From positions 35,940 to 99,939 of the forward strand of contig QZJF01000017.1 in NCBI GenBank assembly GCA_003599255.1: a DNA stretch of 64,000 bases, written 5' to 3'. Under the pieces are notes generated by a model. That model had not been told where the DNA came from. It searched no databases and saw nothing but the letters and a program-made list of their open reading frames with translations. Positions 55,495 through 64,000 of the stretch are shown here, piece by piece. How positions within the stretch are numbered: the stretch's first letter is position 1; each line of letters opens with the position of its first letter. Source of the DNA: a candidate division WWE3 bacterium (lineage in GTDB: Bacteria > Patescibacteriota > WWE3 > UBA101185 > UBA10185). Position numbers and translations under genes: made by a program.

Positions 55495-57222
55495 ATGCGA
55501 TACTCCAAAATATTCGGAAAAACAAATAAAAGCGCGAAAGAATACGATTCCGTCAATGCAACTCTTTTGATCAGGGGAGGATTCATTGACCAAACCATGG
55601 CCGGTGTATATACATATCTTCCGCTCGGCTTGCGGGTACTAAACAAGCTTTCCGGCATTGTTCGGGAAGAAATGAATAAAATTGCAGATGAAATGTTAAT
55701 GCCTGCATTGGCACCTAAATCGTTGTGGGAAGCAACGGATAGGTTAAACAATGTGGACATACTCTACAAAGTGGTTCCGGCCAATCCGGCTTCAAAACTA
55801 AAAAACGACGCGGATTACGTACTAAACTCGACTCATGAAGAGGTTATAACCCCGATCGCAAAAAACTTTAATTATAGTTACAAAGATCTACCTTTTGCCG
55901 TGTACCAGATTCAATTTAAATTCAGAAATGAGGCGCGTCCTAAATCAGGCCTTTTACGCGGAAGGGAGTTCTTAATGAAAGATCTCTATAGCTTCCACAG
56001 GAGTGAAGAGGATTTGAAATCTTACTATTCGGTTGTTAAAGAAGCATATTTTAAGGTGCTGGATAGAGTGGGACTAAAGAACGATTCCCATTATGTCGCG
56101 GCTTCCGGAGGAGATTTTACCGACGACTTCTCGCATGAATTTCAGGTAAAGTGTGATACCGGCGAAGACACAATATTTTACTCACCCGACGATGATGTTG
56201 CGTACAATAGGGAAGTTGCTCCATCTCTGGCACCGGAAAAAGCACAAAGGGAGAAACCCCAGGAAATGAAAGAGGTGCTAACACAAGGAGTAACCGGGGT
56301 TAAGGAATTATGTGAATTCCTGAACGTATCTCCTGAAAAAACCACCAAAACTATTATTTACGAGTCGGATCAGGGCCCCTTGATAGCATGTGTGAGAGGG
56401 GATTACGAAATCAACGAAGAAAAACTGAGGAAATCAGCGGGAGTCAAATGGATAAAACTGGCCGATAACGAAATCGTTAAAAATCTCACCGGCGCCGAAA
56501 CAGGATACGCAGGAATAATTAACCTACCGGACAATGTTAAGCTCTTTGTAGATGAATCAGTAAAATATCTTACCAATTTTGAAACCGGAGCAAACAAAAC
56601 CGATTATCATTACACAAACGTGAACTGGTACAGGGATGTCCCTATGCCGGAAGTACTATACGACATAAAACTCGCAAAGGAGGGGGATTTATATCCGGAT
56701 ACAGGCAAACCCTATGTGGTATTTAAAGGCAGTGAGGTTGGAAATATTTTTCCTTTGAATACCAAGTTTTCAAAAGCCTTTAACTACTTCTTTACTAATG
56801 AGAAGGGACAACAGGAGATAGTATATACAGCCAGCTATGGCCTGGGGATCAGCCGGTTAATGGGAGTGCTGGTGGAAAAATTTCACGACGAAAAAGGAAT
56901 CGCATGGCCTGAAAATGTTGCCCCTTATAAAGTGCATCTCATAGGATTAAATCTTGACGCAGCCGATGTTAAGACAAGAACAGAGGGCGTTTATACAATG
57001 CTCAAAGATCGGAACGTAGAAGTACTATATGACGACAGGGAAAACGTATCTCCAGGAGAAAAGTTTGCAGATGCGGATCTGATAGGTATTCCCGTAAGGT
57101 TAGTTGTTTCAAGCAAAACAGGAAACAAAATCGAATTCAAGAAACGCAACGAGAACAAAGCAAAAACAATAACAGAAGAAGAAGTATTTGCTGAATTAAA
57201 GGAGGGCCAGAAAAATGGATAA
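55495..57222 (+). CDS. proS: Proline--tRNA ligase (bacterial type with INS editing domain)
   Basis: GVYTYLPLG, THEE, QIQFKFRNEARPKSGLLRGREFLMKDLYSF, EVGNIF, SYGLGISR, GEKFADADLIGIP. Confidence 0.97.
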   Translation: MRYSKIFGKTNKSAKEYDSVNATLLIRGGFIDQTMAGVYTYLPLGLRVLNKLSGIVREEMNKIADEMLMPALAPKSLWEATDRLNNVDILYKVVPANPASKLKNDADYVLNSTHEEVITPIAKNFNYSYKDLPFAVYQIQFKFRNEARPKSGLLRGREFLMKDLYSFHRSEEDLKSYYSVVKEAYFKVLDRVGLKNDSHYVAASGGDFTDDFSHEFQVKCDTGEDTIFYSPDDDVAYNREVAPSLAPEKAQREKPQEMKEVLTQGVTGVKELCEFLNVSPEKTTKTIIYESDQGPLIACVRGDYEINEEKLRKSAGVKWIKLADNEIVKNLTGAETGYAGIINLPDNVKLFVDESVKYLTNFETGANKTDYHYTNVNWYRDVPMPEVLYDIKLAKEGDLYPDTGKPYVVFKGSEVGNIFPLNTKFSKAFNYFFTNEKGQQEIVYTASYGLGISRLMGVLVEKFHDEKGIAWPENVAPYKVHLIGLNLDAADVKTRTEGVYTMLKDRNVEVLYDDRENVSPGEKFADADLIGIPVRLVVSSKTGNKIEFKKRNENKAKTITEEEVFAELKEGQKNG

Positions 57223-57448
57223 AAACTTTAAAAAAGCTGTACTTATTTTTTTTATTTCCGTGCTGTCCTTTATCGCGGGTGTTTGGACGCTTGACACATT
57301 CAACAGGAAAATGGGCGCGGATATTGATGGGATAAAAGAATGGGTGGAGAACATCGAAAGAATAAGAAATTCACCTACAGAGATCATCGAAACTACTTCC
57401 TCAACAGAATCACTTCCATCTTTGGATACAGCTCCCGCCGTAAATTAA
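57215..57448 (+). CDS. Small membrane-anchored hypothetical protein
   Basis: AAGGAGG SD, overlap with the proS stop, N-terminal TM helix. Confidence 0.65.
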   Translation: MDKNFKKAVLIFFISVLSFIAGVWTLDTFNRKMGADIDGIKEWVENIERIRNSPTEIIETTSSTESLPSLDTAPAVN

Positions 57449-58488
57449 ACTTTACTCAAAATAGACAAGGAAGGATCTGCCTTGAGCTGACTCAAAGGTC
57501 TGGGTGTGTAATTGAAATATGCCGCTGATGCAATATATATCGCGTTGTCAGTACACAGATTCATTGGAGGTATTTTAACGGCAAGGCCTGCAGCCACGGC
57601 TTCCGTATTCATTCTGGAGCGCAGTTTGGTATTAGCTGCAACCCCTCCACCGAGCAGAAGGCTCTTTGCTTTGAATTCTTTTGCGGCCCGCATAGTCTTA
57701 CTCACCAGAACATCCACTACGGCCTCCTCAAACTCATAGGCTATTTTGTCTGCGGAGTAGCTTGAGTTTTCAACAACACGTTTCACAGAAGTTTTCAAAC
57801 CGGAAAAAGAAAAGTCGTAATTATTTTTATCCAAAAGAGGTCTTGGGAGAAAACTATCCGCATCCTGGGCGTTAAATGAAGAAGCTAATCGGGACAGCTC
57901 CGCACCTCCCAGATATTTTGAAAGTCCGAGAAGGCGTGCTGTTTTATCAAAAGCTTCCCCGGCAGCGTCATCCAGCGTGCTTCCTATAAATTCCAGGTTT
58001 CCGTGACCTTTCATAAGTACAAGATCCGTGTGTCCTCCGCTTACTATTAAAACCAAAGCCGGAAATTCAATAGGATTCTCACCATTTTCCGTATTCACAA
58101 AATTTGCATAAATGTGTCCAACCAAGTGGTTAACGGGTACAATAGGCTTTCCCCAGGCGAGGGAAAGGGTTTTTGCCGCCTCAACTCCTATTAACAACGA
58201 ACCAATAAGTCCCGGGCCAACCGTAACGGCCAATGAATCAATAGCTGCTATAGTTTCCACGCGATTTCCGGCATTTATTGCCTTTCCAAAATCCGCTAAC
58301 GTTTTCGATAAGACAGGAATAATAAACTCTATTTGTTTACGGGCTGCAATCTCCGGAACTATTCCCCCTGTGGTTTCGTGCAGTTCTTTGGAGGAAGCTA
58401 TAGTAGAGGCGACAAGATCGGTGCCATCCCCAACTACCGCTGCAGCCGTTTCATCGCAGGATGTTTCAATACCCAAAATATATTTCAT
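57445..58488 (-). CDS. tsaD: tRNA N6-threonylcarbamoyltransferase TsaD
   Basis: ILGIETSCDETAAAV, GGIVPEIAAR, GPGL, NHLVGH, VSGGHT, DDAAGEAFDK, FSFSGLKT, CTDNA. Confidence 0.97.
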   Translation of the reverse strand: MKYILGIETSCDETAAAVVGDGTDLVASTIASSKELHETTGGIVPEIAARKQIEFIIPVLSKTLADFGKAINAGNRVETIAAIDSLAVTVGPGLIGSLLIGVEAAKTLSLAWGKPIVPVNHLVGHIYANFVNTENGENPIEFPALVLIVSGGHTDLVLMKGHGNLEFIGSTLDDAAGEAFDKTARLLGLSKYLGGAELSRLASSFNAQDADSFLPRPLLDKNNYDFSFSGLKTSVKRVVENSSYSADKIAYEFEEAVVDVLVSKTMRAAKEFKAKSLLLGGGVAANTKLRSRMNTEAVAAGLAVKIPPMNLCTDNAIYIASAAYFNYTPRPLSQLKADPSLSILSKV

Positions 58489-58516
58489 AACTCAGCTATT
58501 ATATAGTAAAGGAAAC

Positions 58517-59818
58517 TTATTTGGAGTTAATAACCTTATCTTTAGCAGTTTTAAGAACAACTGCCGGGTCTGATTTGGTTACTGCAACTTCATTTACAGC
58601 GGTAAAGAGAGCATCCACCGCAGTTTTATTACCGGATCGGGCGGTTATACGTCCCGTATTAGCAAAAGAGGCGGTATCCAACAAAGGCTTCAAATAAGGA
58701 TTGGAGTCCAGCTGGGATCTTAATGTGACAGAGCTGTAGGCAGAACCGAATTTGCGGTAGACACTATTTTCGCTGTAATAAGAGAGTTGCTGATCGTCCT
58801 GAGAAAGGAAATTTATAAAATCCCAGGCAGCTGCGGAATTGGAGCTACCTGCGGGGACAGCCAACATCCAAAAAGACGCCCATGCCGCGGGAGTATCAGG
58901 CAAAGCCTGCGGAACCGGAGCAACCCCTATCTCCAAATCAGGGCGGGCTGCAACAATATCAAGAAGGTTCCAAGTGGGAACAAATATCATCGAAACTTTT
59001 TCCTGTGCAAAAGCAGCGGAAGCTTCAGGCATGCTTAAATCCCAGACTTTATCTTCAGTCATGAAATTTGTATAAAAAGATAGAGCGTCTTGAGCTGCTT
59101 TAGAATCGAGATCTGCAGGTATATTCACCTGAGCTTGAGAAAACATCAGACCGAGTATATCGGAAAAAAAGTGAATGTTGTCTGCGGCACCCATAGCTGC
59201 CCCTGCGCGGACGATTGTATTTTGCTGACCTCGTATAGTGAGTTCAAGGGCCAATCTTCTGAACTCTTCCCAAGCGGTCGGAGGCTCTGTCTGATCAATT
59301 TCTTCAAAATGGGCCTTGTTGTAAACCAGTACAAGCCCGTCATAGTAAAGGGGAATTGCGTACACGTTGTTATCCATAACTGCGGATCTCTGTGCAGCGG
59401 GATAAAATTTATTCACATAATCCTGAGAAGATATCACACCGGAAGGTGCAGGCAACAAAGCGTCTTTAAGTCCCGGTACCCACGTATTGTGCACAAAAAC
59501 TATATCAGGGGCGCCTTCCTGTCCGGCCCTTGTATACACTGTTTCCTTATAGTCCTCCAGTTTTAATACGGAACGATCGTCGTAATTAATAGTCACATTA
59601 GGGTGAGACTCCTTATATTTGTTTATGAGTTTTTCCATTGTGGCTGGATTTTCCCACAACCCCCAAATGTTTAGGGTCACGGGCTGACCTGTAGGAACAG
59701 AAGGAGTCTGTCCGCCTCCAAAAAATCTCCCTATAACCGGGAGGTCCTGAAGAGTACAGGCAGTAATAAAAAGAGGGAGAACTATTAATAGGGCAGTAAC
59801 AAGAATTTTATTTCTCAT
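58517..59818 (-). CDS. Extracellular solute-binding lipoprotein (sugar-binding family 1)
   Basis: Lipobox ITA-C, TLNIWG, APDIV, YAIPLYYDGLVLVYNK, PPTAWEEF, AAWDFINFL. Start 59818 is 7 nt after TATAAT. Confidence 0.85.
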   Translation of the reverse strand: MRNKILVTALLIVLPLFITACTLQDLPVIGRFFGGGQTPSVPTGQPVTLNIWGLWENPATMEKLINKYKESHPNVTINYDDRSVLKLEDYKETVYTRAGQEGAPDIVFVHNTWVPGLKDALLPAPSGVISSQDYVNKFYPAAQRSAVMDNNVYAIPLYYDGLVLVYNKAHFEEIDQTEPPTAWEEFRRLALELTIRGQQNTIVRAGAAMGAADNIHFFSDILGLMFSQAQVNIPADLDSKAAQDALSFYTNFMTEDKVWDLSMPEASAAFAQEKVSMIFVPTWNLLDIVAARPDLEIGVAPVPQALPDTPAAWASFWMLAVPAGSSNSAAAWDFINFLSQDDQQLSYYSENSVYRKFGSAYSSVTLRSQLDSNPYLKPLLDTASFANTGRITARSGNKTAVDALFTAVNEVAVTKSDPAVVLKTAKDKVINSK

Positions 59819-59852
59819 TATGTAAATTATATTCATATCATGCAGTCATTGT

Positions 59853-61100
59853 CTAGACGTGATCCTGTAAATCAGACACATTAAGTACGATCCCTAATGT
59901 CAGCCAGAGCAGCAACCAGGGTTGATGTATCGTTACAAAGTAATGATCAAAACACCCAAGAAATATAATTTGAAGAAGCGCCGCCTGCAAAAATAGAGTA
60001 TTAGATTTTAATTTGGAGAAGCCTGTATAGAATAATGATAAAAAGAGCAACAGACCTATAATTCCGATTTCAAGAACCAAAAGAGCATATATGTTGTGAA
60101 CAGGCTGCACAAAACGAATATCCCGCGTCCATGGAATATTTTTTTCCAGTAAAACGACTGAATTGTTAATCCCTACACCAAACAGATAATCGGATTTTAC
60201 AATTTTGTACGAAGCATCAAGTAAGTTGCTTCGACGGTAAATGGAGGGATTTTCGCTAGCACTGAGAAAACGAAAAACAGGAATAAAAAAACTGAATACG
60301 AAAGCGCTTAATACAAAAGCCCTTGCAAGAAAAGTCCCGGTTCTGCCCAGAAAATAAATCAGCAAGCCAATCCCAAACGATATCCAGGAGAAATAACTGA
60401 ATGTGAAAAGCAATGCAAAGCTTCCAAATAAAACTACCATTCGGAATATCTTGGGAGAAATTAAATAATGCAAAAAAACAATAATTACTAAATATATACT
60501 GAGTATTCCACCGAAAATATTCGGGTGTCTGAACAACCCGTAGGCAGGAACTTTTGTATGCCCAAGGACGTTTTCCTTGGAAATACTAGGAGTATTTGCG
60601 CTGTAAGGCTGCTCTCCAAGAATCAAATAGTTATCGAAAACGGAGCCTTGAAAACTGTATTGCAATATGCCTAAGATACCTAAAGCCAAAGTGGTTACGG
60701 CTATAATATTTGCATAAATTTTTAAATCCCGCGCGTAATCAAAACGTAACGAAGCATAAAGCATCACCCCTGTGTATAAAAACGTTCTTGTAAAAAAAGT
60801 GGCTGAGGGCAGAAATCTATTCGACATAAACAAAGAAAGAAACATTACAAACAAAAACCACACGGCAATAGCAAAATAACGTTTACTTAACAGGGATTTT
60901 AAATCATTCTTAAAATTCCTTTCCAGTGCCCAAGCTCCAATTAAAAACGTCGCAACGATATCAGGTAAAAAAATGGTAGGAATTAAATAATCTATCAGGA
61001 GTCCTCCTGCGTAAGCCTGCGTGATTATAAAGTGGTACCCCAAATTCACAGGCAGTGCTGCAAGTAATGAAAAAAATAAAAATTTTGACAATTTTCTCAT
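59853..61100 (-). CDS. O-antigen ligase (Wzy_C) family membrane protein
   Basis: YGLFRHPNIFGG, FGVGINN, QPVHNIYALLVLEIGIIG, FDHY. Confidence 0.85.
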   Translation of the reverse strand: MRKLSKFLFFSLLAALPVNLGYHFIITQAYAGGLLIDYLIPTIFLPDIVATFLIGAWALERNFKNDLKSLLSKRYFAIAVWFLFVMFLSLFMSNRFLPSATFFTRTFLYTGVMLYASLRFDYARDLKIYANIIAVTTLALGILGILQYSFQGSVFDNYLILGEQPYSANTPSISKENVLGHTKVPAYGLFRHPNIFGGILSIYLVIIVFLHYLISPKIFRMVVLFGSFALLFTFSYFSWISFGIGLLIYFLGRTGTFLARAFVLSAFVFSFFIPVFRFLSASENPSIYRRSNLLDASYKIVKSDYLFGVGINNSVVLLEKNIPWTRDIRFVQPVHNIYALLVLEIGIIGLLLFLSLFYTGFSKLKSNTLFLQAALLQIIFLGCFDHYFVTIHQPWLLLWLTLGIVLNVSDLQDHV

Positions 61101-61870
61101 TGTTTAAGTTTTTTTGAGGCAGTGTGAGCAGAATGAATCAGTGTATCGTCAAGAGCCTTGAGTTCCTCTCCGGAAATTTTCAAAGCCTTGGCAATAAGAT
61201 AGTCCGCGAAATGGGGATTTCTTGCCAGAAGGGGACCGTGAAAATAAGTTCCGTAAGAATTTTTGAAAACAGCACCCTCGGTGTTATCCTCTGCATTATT
61301 TCCATATCCCGTTAATACCTTCGCCAAAGGGCGTAACTCAGCACCAAGGTATGTTCTACCACCATGATTTTCAAAACCGACTAAGGTATCCCCAAGCTTA
61401 TTTACATTTTTAAATATTTGATCTCCTAAAATATCAGAAGAAAGTTCTGCTACAGTATTTCCGATACATCGGGGCTTTCTCTCCCCAAAATGTTCTGTAT
61501 ACAAATCAAATATCCCCGCCCCATTCAATATGGTCCCGTCTGCCGCTTTGTAGTAATGTCCCAACAATTGATAAGACCCGCAGATAAAAAGTCCCGTACC
61601 CTCACCCTCAATGTAATCTTTCAAATAAGGCCCCTTATTTTTTAAAAGGTCCTCGTACATACTTTTCTGACTTGAATCCGGACCACCTCCCATAAACACA
61701 AGGTTTACATGAGCCATTAACATGCTGTCTACTCTTGTATCAGGCGATATTCTCAGTAGCTCTACCTCAATATTCCGTAAAAAAGACCGCTGACTGAGTA
61801 TTTCAACATTTCCGTTATCTCCGTACAGATTCAATAGTTCAGGATAAAAATACGCAAGTACAATTTTCAT
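61097..61870 (-). CDS. gatD: Glutamine amidotransferase subunit GatD (CobQ-like)
   Basis: YPELLNLYGDNGN, GGGPD, ICGSYQLLG, GFENHGGRT, GTYFHGPLLARNP. Confidence 0.92.
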   Translation of the reverse strand: MKIVLAYFYPELLNLYGDNGNVEILSQRSFLRNIEVELLRISPDTRVDSMLMAHVNLVFMGGGPDSSQKSMYEDLLKNKGPYLKDYIEGEGTGLFICGSYQLLGHYYKAADGTILNGAGIFDLYTEHFGERKPRCIGNTVAELSSDILGDQIFKNVNKLGDTLVGFENHGGRTYLGAELRPLAKVLTGYGNNAEDNTEGAVFKNSYGTYFHGPLLARNPHFADYLIAKALKISGEELKALDDTLIHSAHTASKKLKQ

Positions 61871-63015
61871 AATATTTGTCTGCCTAGCAGCACCTCTCTA
61901 AGTTCCAGCATAGCAGAATAGTTAGGCAGGGCTGCTACGGACTTTACATGAGGTGTTCCGGAAATTTTTTTAACTAACTTAGCCAAACTCAAAGAAATGT
62001 TATCCTTTTTAACGGGAATACCTGCATATTCAAGACGAACGGCCATATCCAAACATCGGGAACCTGAAACAAATATCTCTTTGTTTCGACAGGCCTCAAA
62101 AAGTTTTTCTCTGGAAATGTCATAAATCCAGGACACGTCTCTCCCGTCCCTGGGATCGTCGTTCAAAATAAATAGAATAGTATCAGGAAACGTTTCTCCT
62201 GAAGTAAGTAAATCCATATTGTTATTAAAACTTGTGGGATTTTTTGCCAAAAAAAGATGGTACATTTTTTCCGAGTATTCTATTATTTCACCACGGCCGT
62301 ACGCGGCATCAAAACCCTCAAGGCTTTCAGCTGCTTTTTCCGGTCCTATACCTAAAACACCTGCAGCGGTTACTGCAGCATTAACGTTTTTAGCATTAAA
62401 GTCTCCCAAAAGTTTTGTATGACGGACATTATCTAAATTGTCATTAAAATAAAAGATTTTTCCTTTAAACGCTTTTGACAAAACATCGAATTTTTTTTGC
62501 GTAGCATCAAGAATCAACACAGTTCTTGGATCAAGTTCTGCAAGGATACGTTCCCAGCGTTCAAGAATAACATCAATTTCCCCGTATCTATCCAGCTGAT
62601 CTCTGGAAAGATTTAGTAGTATGAGTACAGTAGGTGGTATTTTTTTTATCAAGTGGGGAAGTGTAAACTCATCCACTTCGAAAACAGCGAGATCTGCCAA
62701 GGCTTTGCCAAAAATATTTCTGTCCAACAAAATTGTCGAAGCAATCCCATTCAAAAGGTTTGCACCACTTTTATTGTGCAGAACTTTAACACTATTATTT
62801 TCACAAATATGAGTAATCAACTTCGTGGTTGTTGTTTTACCATTGGTACCTGAAACATAAATAATTCCTCTGGGAAAATGTATTCGCGTATTTTGAAATA
62901 GGGAAGGGTAGAGTTTTAAAGCTAAATGTCCCGGCCAAGTGAAACCAGCACCTTTTTTAAAAATACGTATAAGAAAGTTTGTTAATTTTGCAAGGTATAA
63001 AACTACATAGAACAT
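61867..63015 (-). CDS. murT: Lipid II isoglutaminyl synthase subunit MurT
   Basis: VSGTNGKTTT, SGANL, FEVDE, NLSRDQLDRYGE, LAKNP, DGRDVSWIYD, NYSAML. Confidence 0.92.
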   Translation of the reverse strand: MFYVVLYLAKLTNFLIRIFKKGAGFTWPGHLALKLYPSLFQNTRIHFPRGIIYVSGTNGKTTTTKLITHICENNSVKVLHNKSGANLLNGIASTILLDRNIFGKALADLAVFEVDEFTLPHLIKKIPPTVLILLNLSRDQLDRYGEIDVILERWERILAELDPRTVLILDATQKKFDVLSKAFKGKIFYFNDNLDNVRHTKLLGDFNAKNVNAAVTAAGVLGIGPEKAAESLEGFDAAYGRGEIIEYSEKMYHLFLAKNPTSFNNNMDLLTSGETFPDTILFILNDDPRDGRDVSWIYDISREKLFEACRNKEIFVSGSRCLDMAVRLEYAGIPVKKDNISLSLAKLVKKISGTPHVKSVAALPNYSAMLELREVLLGRQIL

Positions 63016-63039
63016 AAGTTTAGTTATCCCGATTTAAAA

Positions 63040-63348
63040 TAATTCACAATTAGTAGCATTATATTTTATATATATAATTAGTAGTAGTATTAGTAGTCAC
63101 TGTTGATATGTGTACTTTGTACTTTTTTAGGGCAGTTGCGCGGGTTTATTAAATCCCCTATTGTTAATAACTATTTTACCTTTACCTGTAGCCTTTGAGC
63201 CTCTCTCACTTTGTGTTTTGGTTTTATCTTTGTGCTTCATTGTGTGTTTATACATTGTGGATAACTGTGTGTTTTTTGTGGATATCCTTTGGAAGTTTTC
63301 CACGTTTCTTTTTTGCTTTTTATTTGTTTTTCCCCATTTTCCCCAAAC
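63040..63348. other. Replication origin oriC (DnaA boxes, DnaA-trios, AT-rich unwinding element)
   Basis: Perfect box TGTGGATAA at 63256-63264; near-boxes TGTGGATAT 63277-63285, TTTTCCACG 63296-63304 and TGTTGATAT 63101-63109; TAG TAG TAG TAT TAG TAG at 63079-63096 beside a pure A/T run; adjacent to dnaA. Confidence 0.85.
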
Positions 63349-63999
63349 TTATTCACCGTAAATTAACATTTTTACATTTTGAATATCCTGCTTCAATTTT
63401 AACCGTTGTTGCTGCTCGGAACTTATTTTACCCACCCCATGCATTATTGTTGTATGATCTCTTCCCCCCAGAAAATCCCCAATAGTCATAAACGGCGTAT
63501 CAGTTAATTCTTTAATTAAAAACATTGCTACTTGTCTGGGTAGCACCAGTTCTTTCGTTCTCCGCTTTCCCTTAATGTCTATAGATTTTATGGAATAATA
63601 ATTACACACTGCGTTCAGTATCTGATTCATGTTAACCGGTTTAGATGCTTCTTTTTCTTTTAATGTTTTTCCTAGCGCGTTTGCAGCCATTTCAGGAGTA
63701 ATTTCCCCGCCTGCGGCTTTTGTATAAGTCAGTACCTGAAGATAGGCGCCTTCAAGTTCTCTTGTGTTAGTTGTCACCATTTCCGCTATAACGTCTATCA
63801 CAGCGTTTGATATAGGATCATTCATGGCATCTCTGCGGGTCCTCAATATTGCCATTCTCATTTCCAAATCCGGTGGCTGAATGTCGGTAATTATTCCACT
63901 GTTAAATCTCGATGTAATCCTCTCTTCGATATTTGTGAAATCCTTTGGTGGGCGGTCGGATGTAATTACAATTTGTTTTTGGGCCAAATACAGCGTATT
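63349..63999 (-). CDS. dnaA: Chromosomal replication initiator DnaA, 3' part (runs off the window end)
   Basis: KQIVITSDRPPK, RITSRF..G, NTRELEGA, RQVAMFL, GGRDHTTIMHG; frame open to the window edge. Confidence 0.97.
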   Translation of the reverse strand, partial: NTLYLAQKQIVITSDRPPKDFTNIEERITSRFNSGIITDIQPPDLEMRMAILRTRRDAMNDPISNAVIDVIAEMVTTNTRELEGAYLQVLTYTKAAGGEITPEMAANALGKTLKEKEASKPVNMNQILNAVCNYYSIKSIDIKGKRRTKELVLPRQVAMFLIKELTDTPFMTIGDFLGGRDHTTIMHGVGKISSEQQQRLKLKQDIQNVKMLIYGE

Positions 64000-64000
64000 G

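Noticed and set aside
63161-63485. Hydrophobic ORFs 63161..63361 and 63195..63485
   Set aside because: Translations of the T-rich oriC strand and antisense dnaA.
1-64000. Alternative genetic code (UGA read as Gly/Trp)
   Set aside because: Conserved genes are full length under code 11 and several end in TGA (e.g. smpB, gatD, murT).

Overview
Bacterial chromosomal window ending at the replication origin (oriC just downstream of a 5'-truncated dnaA). The gene content points to a Patescibacteria/CPR organism, probably of the WWE3/Microgenomates type; this is inferred, not searched. Supporting signs are VirB2-type pilins, giant exported proteins, many GT-C-like membrane proteins, a short ValRS and many apparently leaderless genes. 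Contents: sugar-nucleotide genes, four tRNAs (Ser-CGA, Ala-CGC, Arg-GCG, Ser-GCT), smpB-ssrA, a pilin/T4SS-like surface locus (13.8-29 kb), a membrane glycosyltransferase cluster (29-36.6 kb), rplY, a ~12 kb accessory region (40.2-52.6 kb), valS with a T-box leader, proS, tsaD, murT-gatD and oriC/dnaA. Three observations stand out. (1) A co-directional accessory gene run encodes a divergent secretion/conjugation-like membrane module (pilin-, VirB6-, VirB3-, VirB4-like and SLT+M23 proteins) that ends in a divergent Rho paralogue. It contains a complete type III hammerhead ribozyme and repeated hairpin/boxA-like leaders. (2) The tmRNA lacks the alanine determinants G3·U70 and A73 and instead matches this genome's tRNA-Ser acceptor ends (A3-U70, G73). 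(3) The valS T-box has an ultrashort stem I. All protein calls come from motif recognition by eye, with no database searches.
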